64,000 nt of DNA from Mizuhopecten yessoensis (taxonomy: Eukaryota): NCBI RefSeq assembly GCF_002113885.1, contig NW_018408493.1, positions 1,027,249 through 1,091,248 of the forward strand, written 5' to 3'. Below are positions 40,201 through 51,930 of this stretch, piece by piece. A program made the position numbers and the translations under genes. The first letter of the stretch is position 1; each line of letters starts with the position of its first letter. The notes under the pieces were generated by a model that did not search any database, was not told where the DNA came from, and saw only the letters and a list, made by a program, of their open reading frames with translations.

Positions 40201-43200
40201 TTTAATAGCTAAAATGCAAGGAATAGATCTAAAACCAATTGAATATGAATTTTTGAACTGTTGAGATATTCTATAGCCATATTCACTATATCTATGAAAG
40301 TGACGGGTTTCCCAGAATTAAAAAATACTTTTGATACTTTCCCATCCGAGGACCAACTTTTGAATAAACTTTTTGATTCCATGATGTAATATGTTAAATC
40401 AAATCGTATGACGGAAAAGTGGTCCTCCTTTGGAAAAGTGCTCAAAATAATGAAAAACAGGGTTGATCAAGTTTTCAAAACTGCGACAGATGTTTCTTGT
40501 GTAAAAGGAGTTTGTATTTCCACATTCTTCTATGTCTGGTATTGCCTAACGTGTAACGCAGTTAGCTTGTGACCAGAAATATGAACGGTGTAGGTTCGAA
40601 TCCACATTTAGATACGCTTTTTTTCTTCTTTCTTTTTTAATATTTAGGCAAGTGATAATTTTCCTTAGTAAAGTGAAAAATAGTTTTCAAATCAATGGAA
40701 CACTTTATTGATATTTTAATAACATACCTATTGATTTATCTTCTATGGAATCATGTTAACAAATCCCTGTACGTGTGTACAGTACAGCTACGCTTTGTTT
40801 TATGAAATATTTTACCCTCCAATTGGCACTAGTATTTTTTATTTATTATATAAACACAAACAAATGATGCCGAAATACAAAATATACGGGATTGTTGCGT
40901 CAGAATAAAAAAAAAGGCAAAGCAACAAAAAAAAAGTGTTATTATCGCAAAAACATTACCGAACATGCGGGAAAATTCATCGTCGAGGACAGTCTCATTT
41001 GTATTAAATGCAGGAAGACTGCAGCACAAAGTTAGGAGCGCAATACACGTGTAAGACATTCTATTCGAAAACTATATGTCATTTTACCATTCCAAGGTAC
41101 AGGTAGAACAAAATCAAGATGCGTGCTTTTTAAGAAAACATGTAACGGCATGACGTAGGCAATAGTAATGAGAATTAAATCCTTTCAAACTTGGTAATGA
41201 TTGTACGATCTTGTGTTTTATACAGCATAACGCGAAATAAGCATTTTGTTGAGTCTTTATCGATTAACCATTGATTTTGGGAAATAGGCATAGCAACCCG
41301 CCATAACTCTTTATCAAATTATCAAATATTTTTTATGAAAGTGAAGAAATATTACAGGGTACAGAATGTAAATTTAACGCTTTTTTTGGTTCAAAATTAG
41401 TGACCTTGACATTGTCAATACCAGTAAATACGTAAAATCGTTTAAGAAATAACGTCATGTACATCAATGAATCAAATATATCTTTTGCTCTTTCCATGTA
41501 TCCTGACTTGTTTTCTTTTCATGAGTTTCTTTACTTGCGTTTCTTTTTGGAATTCCATTCGGAAACCCTTGCTGCCTACATAACACTTTTGCATCGTTAG
41601 CTGTCCAGCCAAAGTCGCATATTGTCCCAGAAACACCAGCATACGTCATTTCCGCTCTTCCTTCGCCAGACTTACTGCCCCCGGCTAAATTTACAGATGG
41701 CTCTACGATAAGAAAAAGAATATATTATCATAGTTACGGATTTGTTGAACTATTTTACTATTTGGGCTTTTATATAGAAAGTAATCTATAACAGTTAATA
41801 ATTTTTAAAACGCAACATCGCGTCAAAGATAATTCAGATGTCGAATATAGTGTAATGTTGAAATTAACATCACAAATTTCGAAGAAAAAAAATATTTTTG
41901 AGCACAGACACGCTCGTGCAGTGAGCTTTTGACCATAGAGACTACGCGCGTGCAATTCCAGCATTTTCTTAGCTTTATCAAATCAATTACAATGCATGCG
42001 CATGTCTTGTTTTTTGTGTGTAATTATATAATTTCAATTTAAACGTATTTGCAAAAAAAACATGGAAAAGCACTTCGCAACACAAGAACATGAACAGAAT
42101 AACGTATGTGTGCACTTGTATTACGTCATCATAATATGTGATCAAAATGTTTTCTATGATCAATTAAAGAATATACCCGTATCATTGAAACATAAGGCCC
42201 CAGCAGACGACATATCCGTTCCACAAGCAGGATCTATGGATAACAACTCGGAGACACATTCTTGGATCCGATTTTCCTGACCGGTACAATTAACGGCCGA
42301 CAGCCATATTGGATTGTATCGAGTTGTTATGGTCTTGGTACCGAGAGCCACGCCCCCGCTGTATCCTAGCTGACTACATAGTACCTTAGAATCATGATCG
42401 TCCCAGCCATGTCGGCATACCGTACCTACCATTCCGTACCTCTCTATCAAAACGGTACCGTGATTGCCATGCGACAGACTCGCCTTGAAATCTGTAACAA
42501 AAATTATACAGAGTCTCAAACTGAAATTGAGCATGCATTTTGGATTTCACTTTTATCTTGTTTTTATTTGAATAAGGAAAAGCATAATTAATATTAAGCT
42601 TTAATATGCTTTGGAATTTATTTTGATTTTTTTTAATATAATGGTATTTTCTGATTAAACATAATAATATTTTACTGTAAAATGTACCTAAAATGAAAAA
42701 ATAAATAAATAAATATGAATCAATAAAGATACAGAATAAGTAACTGTATTTATCTTCCTCGTACAACATGTGATTTCGGAATGATGACAGTTATATATAT
42801 ATATATATATCGTTATCTCACGTTTCGTATTAAAAAAAGAACTTCTGAAATAGGTTCAGATGAAAGAAAAGCAAAGCACACTACTACACTGTAGTATTGA
42901 AATAATGAAAAATGTATCAATACCTGCAGGTACTTGTCCAATAGTACACAACACACTTGCATGACTAGAATATTGACAATAATCGGTTGTATGGGCACAG
43001 TCACTAAGTGAGGTCTCATTTCCAATACAAGCCAATTCAGTCGCGAAAATTGAGAATCGAAAGCGTCCGAACATGTCCGGAAGTAGACGTTGTGCATCAG
43101 TAAATCCCAACTGTCGACAGACCACCACAGCGTCGTTTTGACCAAAGTCATGCGAACAAACGGTGGTCCATTTTTCGTTGGCAAACATCTCAACCATCCC

Positions 43201-45790
43201 CATGGTAACGTTGTCTGTTGTTATACCTCCAACTAAATTGACTAGAAATTAAAAGAAAAAAATATACACGGTCACATCTTATTGCTTGTTTTGCTCGTTA
43301 TGTCTTATTTTAATATCAAGTAAACACTGATAGTTATAATTCGTTCACATTATGCAAATCAAGTTCTTTATTGTTTTCAATTAAACAGGTACAACAAAAC
43401 ATCATTCCTAATACACAACATGACATTCAATGTGAGTTAATAAACACGAGAAGAACCAAGGAAACACCAATCATGGAACCAGGTCATACCTTTTATTAGG
43501 TCTTTCGTTTGTTTCTATGTTTCCTTCTACTGTACAGTGTATTTTGGCGGTAAACGAGGTGGAAGATGAAATAAGGGGCAGTATATCGAGATTTTACTCT
43601 ATTTCCATCAACGCCATTTCACTTACCCCCAACACTACACGATACAGCCACGATGTTACCATCGGTGGAACAATCAGACGTTCTGTCTGGTAGCCATCCC
43701 TTGTTCCGACACATGAATATGTTATTTTCAGTTCCATCACACTCTTCAATGGTCCAATAAATGTCGCCTTGCGCGGGTGTATTGCTGTTGAAACAGGCAC
43801 AAAATAGAGAGAATTGTTGACATAATTAAGCAGATATATACGAAGGTCACAGTGACCTACTTATCGATGATGTGCTATTTGTATTTATAGCTTCAGTGTT
43901 ACACAATGCTTCATAATTATGAAGAGAGTTTCAAAGATATCATGTAGTTTTGTCAAAACAGACCATTTGTAATTTTGCTCCCCCATTTTACCCTCTCAGC
44001 TATCGGAATTGTCACCAAGCTGAACTTTATTTCACGTCATAGCATGTTACCACCAGAAGGCCAAAATCGGCACCCATCCTCTCTTTAAATCACATGTTCG
44101 TTTACATATATATAATATTGGGGGAGACTCAATTGACACAACAGAAAAAATCGTTTTGCATGCTGAACAGAATATTGTAATCACGATGTTCCCACATATA
44201 GATTATAAAGTTTATAAGATGTTGTAAGATTGTAAATTATTGAGTTAAAGTCGTTATTGTGTCATGTTGATTTCGGTCGACTCGTGATTTTATCGAAGCG
44301 ATAGACCACAAGAGTGGTGATTCTTTTACACATGAAAGACATAACTGAATCCAATTAAACTAGAAATATAATATGTATACTAGTATATATATAAACATAA
44401 CATTTACTGCACATCACGGTAAACAAAAATACAAAACATTGATACACACGTACATACCTTATAATTGAACCGGTTGCAAATCCCAGTCGACGACATATTA
44501 AGGAGGCGGTTTTACTGTCATGAGTGCCGGGCTGATCTAATCCACAAAGGGTCAGGAATCCGTCCACCCCATCATATTCTATCTCCACACGGCCACTCTT
44601 CCTGTCTCCGTCCGCTAGGTAGACGGACAGGCCTGTATAAAGGGAGTTTGGATATTTGGCAATACGAATTTGTTTAATGGCTCTTCTTTTGTTGCAAGTA
44701 ATTTGCCAAACAACATGGTCACACATATCACCAATGTGCCAGTAATGACATTTCTTCAGGCACGTACTATGATGTCATATATATCTATAGACCGAAGAAG
44801 TAATATCAAGGGTAAATTCCCATATAAAACTTGGTCCTTACAACGCATGTTTGTATGATACTAATTACTTAAAACTGGTGCATGGGGCAAGGAAGCAATT
44901 CTAACAGTGTAGCCAATATGAGGTTGTCGAAGTTTAGGAGCAATCCATTCCTTTATCGAGACCCAGAAAAGCAAAGAACACTTAAACTAAATAGAAATAT
45001 GAAAGGATATAGCTAATATTAAAAAAAAAACAGTCAGCCAATCGTCGGCTAATGTAAGCTGAGAGCAGAACTGACCGCATCGTTGACTAATGATGCTGTG
45101 TGAGTGCAAACAATGACGAAGAGGTTATGTTATAATAAAACGTGAATAAAGCTGCTGAAATAAGTAGACTATCTAGGTAACATTGCTGTGTAGGCACTGA
45201 GGTAGACAAAAACATGTTCAATTACTTTATCATGTTGTAGAATAGATATATTCACATGTGTTTGTATATCATAGTAGAATTCAAGACTCGGGATTCGAAC
45301 ACTGAGGCGCATTTCGTTTATATCTTTTCTTACATTGTTATCCCCCTCATTATGTATTTCGCCAATATACAGGGACATCCGTTGATTTTGTCTTAAAGAC
45401 ATCATACTCACCTGAATTGTAACAGACAACAGCCGCTCGATGTGTAGTATCGTAACAGATCTCCAAAGTATGCTTGCAGTCAAACAGTTTACTTTCGTTT
45501 CCATGACACCGGATCCCGGTGAGTGTGAAAGGCTGATCGTCTGCAGACTCCGCCCTTGTGGCTACGCCCCCTTTGTATCCAAGTTCACGGCATGCTACGG
45601 CAGCCTCGTTGTCGCTCCAATACGTCAGACAAACCTGACCCCAAACACCAGACTGGAAGTAGGCGACGTCGCCATGGTAGCCATTCGTCAAATTCACAGA
45701 CGCGCCTGTTGAAATTCATGACTTGAGATATTATGTATTGACATTAAGAATTATGAATACCTTTTCGTATTTTCGTTTTCCCATAAAACT

Positions 45791-45825
<35 letters not shown>

Positions 45826-48800
45826 TTTATCGACATCATAGATTCGCGTCAATTGCAAATTCATTAATCAGGTTCAAGATCATAAGAAAAGATTTGTTTT
45901 TGTCAAAAGACATGGTATCTAATAGACATATTCTGAAAGTACATTAATGCAGAGTTATACAATTTTCCGTTTTGAACATGTTTAGTATTCGTCTTTCGCT
46001 CTGTTTAAGTATTCCGATTTTAAAATTCAGCATCTGATGACCAGCTTGGACAATGGGAAATCGCGCAATATTCCCTTTCAGTGCTGTGTAGATTTGGACA
46101 GACAATCTAAAACAATAATGCTCTTTAGAGAAGCAATTTAGGACAGTGTGCTGTTCGGTCGAGCTGTGTTGTCTCTTCGTGATTTCTATCGAATGCCCAT
46201 TATACCTTTTTTAATTGAAAAAAACCTCAACGATATTCCGGCCCCCATAAAGACGCATGGAGATCAGTTCAAACAGAGACGTTTATACTACATTTTGAAA
46301 ATTGACTGTCTAGAAAAATCGTAATTCTAAAATCACGGTATATTCTTAGATGAATTAAGCAATGTTGTAGTTATTTATTGTAGAATATAAATCACCGAAC
46401 ATATTTAAAATTGATCGTCTAGAAAAAACGCAGTCTATACATAAACGAAAGCCGATACCACTTATATGGGCGACTGCAGCCTAAGTCTCGCAATGGATCT
46501 CCGAGAACAATAGGTCCAAGCGTGCGTTAGCGAGATCTGGGCGAGTTGCCAATCTCTGGCTTTATATGTCTTTGGTTCAAATCCTTGGTAGCAACAAACG
46601 CCAAAATGAAGAAAATTTAGACATTTTTCACACAGTTAATTGGTGTTTCTGGTTTAAGGATCCCTGTACCACTGGGGGAAATATTTTCTGGCATTACTGT
46701 ACCTTTAAGGCCATTAAAAAGCTTCCATCGTTTGGTAATTTTTTACTTACCTTGCTGTGTCGTGATCTCATTGTAGCAGTGGACTGAAGGATAATAGGTA
46801 TCTTGTCCGCGACAGATATCCTCATGCCCCCGGCTATCAAAACTACAATCGAGTAGAGAAGTTTCATCGCCCTTGCAACCCCTGAATGGAGTCGTGTAGA
46901 CCCCAGAATGGGGTCCGTACGCAGCTATTGGAAGGGCAGTTCCTCCAACATATCCGAGCTCTCTACAGGCAACGTGTGCCTCTACGTCACCAAAACCCCA
47001 GACACAAAGGACCTGCCAACTTCCGGTAAGATTCACCTCCAGAATCCCCTCAGAAACGGCGGAGGAGCCAGAAGAAACAATGCGCACATTCCTCCCTGCA
47101 GTAGAATATCGTAATGATCAAAATGTATTAATTTTACCATAATGCACTCAAGACAGAGGTCCATATCTTATATCTATGAAGAACGGGAGTCCTTATGTAG
47201 AATACCTCTGATTAGTGCTACCTTGCACATTATACCTTTGATCGGTGTTAACAGTTAAGCTTAAATGCGTGCTTTACACATTATATCTATGGTTTGTGTG
47301 TTGAGCTATAATATATACTAAAGTAGTGATTTGTGTCAGAGTTAAGATTGTGTTCTACCTTACACAATAAAGTAGTGGTTTGTGTGAGAGTTAAGATTGT
47401 GTGCTACCTTACACAATAAAGTAGTGATTTGTGTCAGAGTAAAGGCGATATGCTACCTTACACCATATATGCATTATGCATGTAGTTTGCGTTAGAGTAA
47501 AGGGTATGTGATGTACCTTATGCATTATATATGTGATTGTGGTAGAGTTCATGATATATGCTACCTTAATTACATATTTTATTTTTGAGAGTTTTGATTT
47601 GGAGTTAGGATATATACTACCTTACACAGTATTTATGTGATTTGTGTTTAAATTAATGATATACTATACATTCTATTGTACATTGTGATTTGTGTTAATG
47701 AATCTATGCAATCTCACTCATTACACCGGTGATTTCTGGTAGATATAACTATATGCTTCGTTAATAATCATACCAGTAATTAATCAATTATATAGTGTAT
47801 CTTCTTTATTCGGTGATTTGTGTTAGAGCTAGGATATGTGCCTCTTTACACATTATGCGTGTGCTGTGTGTTAGGGTTAAGGATGTACGCTTCCTTACAT
47901 GTTGTACCTGTGATGTGTATAAGATTTAAGACTATGCTATCTTACACATTATACCTGTGATTTCTGGTAGATGCAAGACTATGCTATCTTACACATTATA
48001 CCTGTGATTTCTGGTAGATTAAAGACTATGCTATCTTACACATTATACCTGTGATTTGTGTCAGAGTTTAAGATACAGTGTATATGCTTTCCTACACAGT
48101 ACACCTGTGATGCAAGTTAGATCTAGGGATTACGCTATCATACCTGTGATTTCTAGTAGATTTAAAAATATGCTACATTACACATTATACCTGCGGTTTT
48201 AGACTGACTCACGTCGCTTAAAAGATGAAATATCGTCATAAAGCTTATCTTTTCTGTGTGTGTCCAATGCGTGCTTTCCGATCCGCATTAAAGATTTTAT
48301 TAAATAATGTAAAAAATACAGTAATAACGCTTTTGCAAAACATAGATATTTTACAGTAAGGTAGTTTATTTCATAAATTCGGAAATCGCTTTCATCGCAA
48401 TAAACATCTTTAAGATAAGCACTAAGAGATTTTAATCAAATTTTACATAGAAACTCAAAGTATTTCTCGCTCAGCCATGATTATTCCAGGATGCTATTTT
48501 CCTTTCTTTTTTTTATATATAAATCACCTCCTTTATTGCATTGCAAACGAACTGCGTATTTAAAAAGTGTGCCTCTGGGCGGATAAAATGAGGAAGAGAG
48601 AGAGCAGTGCGTCAACAAAAGTATACTACCGGGTATGTCAGTACATGTATGTTCACCTAGGAATACGATTAGTTTGCCTGCTGATTTTGTTTATTTTGAA
48701 ACGATGACAGAATGGAATTATTTTTTTCTAGTTTTCATATGTCTATAAATGTTTGTTTTAAACATATGTAATATGAAATATCAAATAATGTTCAAATTAA

Positions 48801-49085
48801 CTCGTTTACAGTTAATGAAATCTTCAGCGCGGAGATCCCCAACAGTGAAATATTACACCTTTACCACAAACTGAAGGTAAAGGTCACATAGAACTCGGAA
48901 TAAGCGAATGACAGCTATCGAAATTCTATATTTTGTATGATATGCTAAGAATTAAATGAACATACATATCCGATTTACTCTTGTTTATAAAACATACACA
49001 TACATAAATACTTACCTGTTGTCAATACCGGTAACAACACCGCAACTACCATCCACAGGTAAGAAATATCAAGGTGTGCGAACAT
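24659..49085 (-). CDS. Type I membrane scavenger receptor with 15 SRCR domains (DMBT1/CD163-like), 21 coding exons, 1810 aa
   Basis: Exons (5'->3'): 49085-49016, 47095-46751, 45705-45412, 44632-44458, 43784-43627, 43241-42924, 42491-42177, 41702-41539, 40091-39932, 38627-38310, 35350-35203, 34688-34513, 33869-33552, 33068-32748, 32022-31711, 30477-30178, 29139-29038, 28508-28275, 26861-26532, 26230-25898, 25200-24659. All phases are compatible (5433 nt). Signal peptide, GRVE/WG.VC/A.V.CR.LG/C.G.E motifs, [26 protein letters not shown]. Confidence 0.92.
25898..26230 (-). CDS. SRCR domain 15 exon
   Basis: [17 protein letters not shown]...[11 protein letters not shown]...DAGVKC. Confidence 0.9.
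26532..26861 (-). CDS. SRCR domain 14 exon
   Basis: [21 protein letters not shown]...YAGTIC. Confidence 0.9.
27042..27724. repeat. About 85-bp direct repeat, copies about 600 bp apart (27042-27127 and 27639-27724)
   Basis: TGTATTGTCTTTCTTATGACATATCATT.GGTGGTTACATTATCTGATCATGAGGAAAAAGTCT.TGATGTTACAGAAATCAAAAC twice. Confidence 0.8.
28275..28508 (-). CDS. SRCR domain 13, C-part exon
   Basis: VVCRNLGF...[11 protein letters not shown]...YASVVC. Confidence 0.9.
29038..29139 (-). CDS. SRCR domain 13, N-part exon
   Basis: [25 protein letters not shown]. Confidence 0.9.
29444..29790. mobile_element. Helentron-associated (HINE/DINE-1-like) non-autonomous element fragment
   Basis: Terminal hairpin GTCCCCCAAACGAAGTGGGGGAC followed by a (CTT)n microsatellite and a TGAAACTTTACAC core-type motif. 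Confidence 0.5.
30178..30477 (-). CDS. SRCR domain 12 exon (divergent)
   Basis: [13 protein letters not shown]...[11 protein letters not shown]...ASVNC. Confidence 0.85.
31711..32022 (-). CDS. SRCR domain 11 exon
   Basis: [23 protein letters not shown]. Confidence 0.9.
32748..33068 (-). CDS. SRCR domain 10 exon
   Basis: [21 protein letters not shown]. Confidence 0.9.
33552..33869 (-). CDS. SRCR domain 9 exon
   Basis: [22 protein letters not shown]. Confidence 0.9.
34513..34688 (-). CDS. SRCR domain 8, C-part exon
   Basis: [18 protein letters not shown]...VAGVFC. Confidence 0.85.
34968..35120. repeat. About 76-bp tandem duplication
   Basis: TTTACTGAAATAA..AAAATCTGATAATACCCGT..GATTTCTAAGTTGTAATGAAAGCTAAGGGAGATGAAT twice. 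Confidence 0.8.
35203..35350 (-). CDS. SRCR domain 8, N-part exon (absent from ORF track)
   Basis: [33 protein letters not shown]. Confidence 0.85.
35818..38110 (-). mobile_element. 5'-truncated, frameshifted LINE (RT ORF2 remnant; RTE-X/CR1-group-like) in SRCR intron 10
   Basis: ORF fragments [30 protein letters not shown] (RT core), [32 protein letters not shown]; 3' end AATAAAA(CTTGAA)CTTG tail. Confidence 0.9.
38310..38627 (-). CDS. SRCR domain 7 exon
   Basis: [23 protein letters not shown]...[11 protein letters not shown]. Confidence 0.9.
39410..39726 (-). mobile_element. tRNA-derived SINE (CORE-like)
   Basis: Minus-strand head GGAGGCACGTTAGTCTAGTGGTAGGACGCCGGG..GAGTTCGAGTC (A/B boxes); tail shared with 57330-57463. 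Confidence 0.75.
39932..40091 (-). CDS. SRCR domain 6, C-part exon
   Basis: [27 protein letters not shown]...DAGVIC. Confidence 0.9.
41539..41702 (-). CDS. SRCR domain 6, N-part exon (GC donor)
   Basis: [32 protein letters not shown]. Confidence 0.85.
42177..42491 (-). CDS. SRCR domain 5 exon
   Basis: [22 protein letters not shown]. Confidence 0.9.
42924..43241 (-). CDS. SRCR domain 4 exon
   Basis: [23 protein letters not shown]. Confidence 0.9.
43627..43784 (-). CDS. SRCR domain 3, C-part exon
   Basis: [25 protein letters not shown]...VAVSC. Confidence 0.85.
44458..44632 (-). CDS. SRCR domain 3, N-part exon
   Basis: [13 protein letters not shown]...[10 protein letters not shown]. Confidence 0.88.
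45412..45705 (-). CDS. SRCR domain 2 exon
   Basis: [23 protein letters not shown]. Confidence 0.9.
46751..47095 (-). CDS. SRCR domain 1 exon
   Basis: [16 protein letters not shown]...[11 protein letters not shown]. Confidence 0.9.
47270..48195. repeat. Degenerate 47-bp tandem repeat in SRCR intron 1
   Basis: Unit ATACCTGTGATTTCTGGTAGAT..AAGACTATGCTATCTTACACATT, clearest at 47930-48060. Confidence 0.8.
49016..49085 (-). CDS. SRCR gene first coding exon (signal peptide)
   Basis: [24 protein letters not shown]; phase-1 CAG|GTAAGT donor matching the next exon. Confidence 0.8.
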
Positions 49086-49330
49086 TGTCTCAGCACGCGT
49101 GTAGCTGTGTCTGTTCTTGCTATCGTGGTCGTTGTAGGTAATGTTGTCGGTGAGGAACACATACTTGATACATCTCGTATGCTGTCCCCAGAAGCACTAA
49201 ATAGATCTGAATGTACCCTACGAAGTGTAGGGAATAATATCAATACGACATCCGGATTTGAATTAACATAAAACCCTCATCATCGTCGGCGCTACCTGTG
49301 TGCGCGTTATTGAACAAACAAGCTACAGGG

Positions 49331-49340
49331 CTATATATAC
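49331..49340 (-). promoter_or_regulatory. Candidate TATA box of the SRCR gene
   Basis: TATATATAG on - strand about 250 bp upstream of the ATG. Confidence 0.35.
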
Positions 49341-49794
49341 CGAATACAGTAATCTTTCATGGATTTCATTGATGTGCAATATTTATAGCATTAGAATCAT
49401 AGTTTATTGGTTTTAGTATCCCAGTCGTAATTTCCATGCTATAATAAATACTAAAATTGGTCTTGAACAAAGTATGAAAACGATTGCTGAGTTTTATTAC
49501 ACAAATCTTGTATTGAATTGAACATTTTTTTCCTCCAGCTTCATCTTCGTTTTTCGTCTTGTGAATTCGTATATAAGTATAGATCAAAGACGTTATGTCA
49601 ATGTTTTGCTGGATGAATGAATTGTGAGCTCAGATTTTCAAAATAAGAAATATTTTAAAGAATTATAGATTAATATTATTAGTCGTGTATATAGCATACT
49701 CTGCGATCGTTACAAATCTTCGAATATATGTGCAAATTTTAACATGTATTTTAATATGTTCGACAGTATTCCAGACGTAGGATTTGAGCTAAAA

Positions 49795-50422
49795 AATTTC
49801 ATTAAGCTGACCATGCTTTGAACATTTGGTTCCCATCTCTTTACTTGACATGAAATATTTATCAAAATTGTGTAGAAATTCAATAAATATCGAAGCATAA
49901 AGCTTTATACCCTGCAGTAGCTAATTGGTGAAATATTTCTAAAAAAAAAATCATCCTGATTTGTGAGGAAAATGGCTGTTTATTATCACAAATATTTGTT
50001 TATGACAAATGTTTTGCTATCATCTAATTTAATTTGACACTGCACATAATCATCCCTGATGTATTGTGAATGTGAGCGAGTTAAATGTATATTTAATCTG
50101 GTTATNATAAAATTTTCATTAAGCTGACCATGCTTTGAACATTTGGTTCCCATCTCTTTACTTGACATGAAATATTTATCGAAATGGTGTAGAAATCCAA
50201 TAAATATCGAAGCAGAAAGCTCTATATACACTGCAGTGGGTAATTCGTGTAATATTTCTTTTTTTGTTTCATCCTGATTTGTGAAAAACATGGCTGTTTA
50301 TTATCACAAATACTTTTTAATGACACATGTGTTGCTATCATCTAATTTAATTTTACACTGTTCATAATCATCCCTGACGTATTGTAAATTTAAGCTAGTC
50401 AAATGTATATTAAATCTGGTTA
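49795..50422. repeat. About 310-bp diverged tandem duplication across an N
   Basis: TTTCATTAAGCTGACCATGCTTTGAACATTTGG... at about 49797 and 50114; N at 50106. Confidence 0.8.
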
Positions 50423-50998
50423 CCTAGGCGACCAAGACCGGTAAGGAGAAACGTAAGACTCACAGAGCATCGATACATACAGCATGCCGAGGTTAGGTCA
50501 TATATTTCATGGTAGTTTCAGCCGACAATGTCCTTCAAAGGTTGGACCCAACATATATATGACTAGTGGGGGAGAGACTCGCTTTGAAGATCCGAATATT
50601 CAAACAAAAGTCACCGAATGTGGTTCTCCTATAAATGACATACAGTACAAAGGTGTAAGGTATGTGTTGTTTCATTAATGTACGCAGTGGTATTTCTATG
50701 GGACAAGTTCCAGACCAATGAGCAGTGTGATAAACATGACCACTGCCTGGGATACACACGTGTGTTTTTAATATGTATAAGAGCTTTGCGATGTCATCTT
50801 CTTTTCACTTACAGTATGATATTTTTACAAAACAAAAACAAACAAAAAACAAAAAATAAATTGTTTGAAATACATTTATTAACCTTGTCTGAGGAAGACA
50901 TGATGTTTCCTTTCTTCAAGATAAATCATGCCTCCCATCAAATTTTATCGATGAGGTACGTATAACAACACGATGGTAACATGTACTATTTAGATATT

Positions 50999-51158
50999 TA
51001 AGGATTAACTTGAATATGTTTTTTCATATAATGGAGATATAACACAAAAAAACGGAGTGTACTCTAAATAAACCGCGAAGCGGTTTATGATGAGAGTACA
51101 CTCCGTTTTTTTGTGATATAGCTCCATAACATGAAAAATATATTCAAGTGAATCCTTA
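50999..51158. mobile_element. Near-perfect 160-bp palindrome (foldback element)
   Basis: TAAGGATT..GGAGTGTACTCT..AAACCGC-GAA-GCGGTTT..AGAGTACACTCC..AATCCTTA. Confidence 0.8.
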
Positions 51159-51667
51159 TAATTTAATCTACTTTACGCAATCCCTGAGGAAATCCACTTT
51201 TAATAATGGACTCTTTTCTTTTAGAAATTATTGCCCTGCTGTATCAGCCAATCAAAAGCGACGGTACAAACGGCGACGTCATTTTTTACGTTATGGGCTG
51301 ATAACATAATTTTTTAAGCCAATGAAAATGCTTGTTACAAGCAAGATTAAATTATTAGTAGTTATATGAGTAAGCTTTGCAAATTTTGTTCTCAAAAGGC
51401 TTTCGATACGTAACAAACCACCTTGTTCCATGATAACCTGTTGTAAGCGCACGTACATTGTTTGTTTCGATGAACGGGGAAAAGGGGAAAAGGTATGAAA
51501 AGGCCGATATCTCTGTATATTTGTTTATCAAATCATTGGGAAGGAATCGGATGGAAACTAAGATTGAAGTTATCCTTAAAATATTTTAATAGGTGGACGC
51601 AGACAAAGTCGTATCATAATTCCACCTGAAAACATACCCTGGTGTCAAAGCATAAAGATAAAACCTG

Positions 51668-51930
51668 GGCCCGTATTCATGACACCATGCTCATGCTCAA
51701 GCATGGATTCTGTGCTCAAACCTATTGTCTTGTAACTCGGTTAAATCATGTCAAACGATCAAAATGTCAAATGTAAACATCGAGAACAGTTTTCGGTTTG
51801 AAGTCTCTTCAATGTTTTTCAAATCATTGACAAAATAATATTTCTTTATGAATTTATAACTTAAACAAGAAATTCGGCTTGAGCACAAATTCCTTGCTTG
51901 AGTATGAGAACGGTTTCATGAATACGGGCC
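51668..51930. mobile_element. PIF/Harbinger-like MITE with CTG TSD
   Basis: TIR GGCCCGTATTCATGA / TCATGAATACGGGCC extending about 55 bp; CTG on both flanks. Confidence 0.8.

Noticed and set aside
40545-40620. tRNA gene (GGTTCGAATCC B-box)
   Set aside because: No coherent cloverleaf; probably a decayed SINE head
46028-46086. Hammerhead ribozyme (CTGATGA..GAAA with CAGCAT/GTGCTG stem I)
   Set aside because: Stem III does not form and stem II lacks the usual purine-pyrimidine closing pair; at best a decayed remnant. An Infernal search with Rfam hammerhead models would settle it
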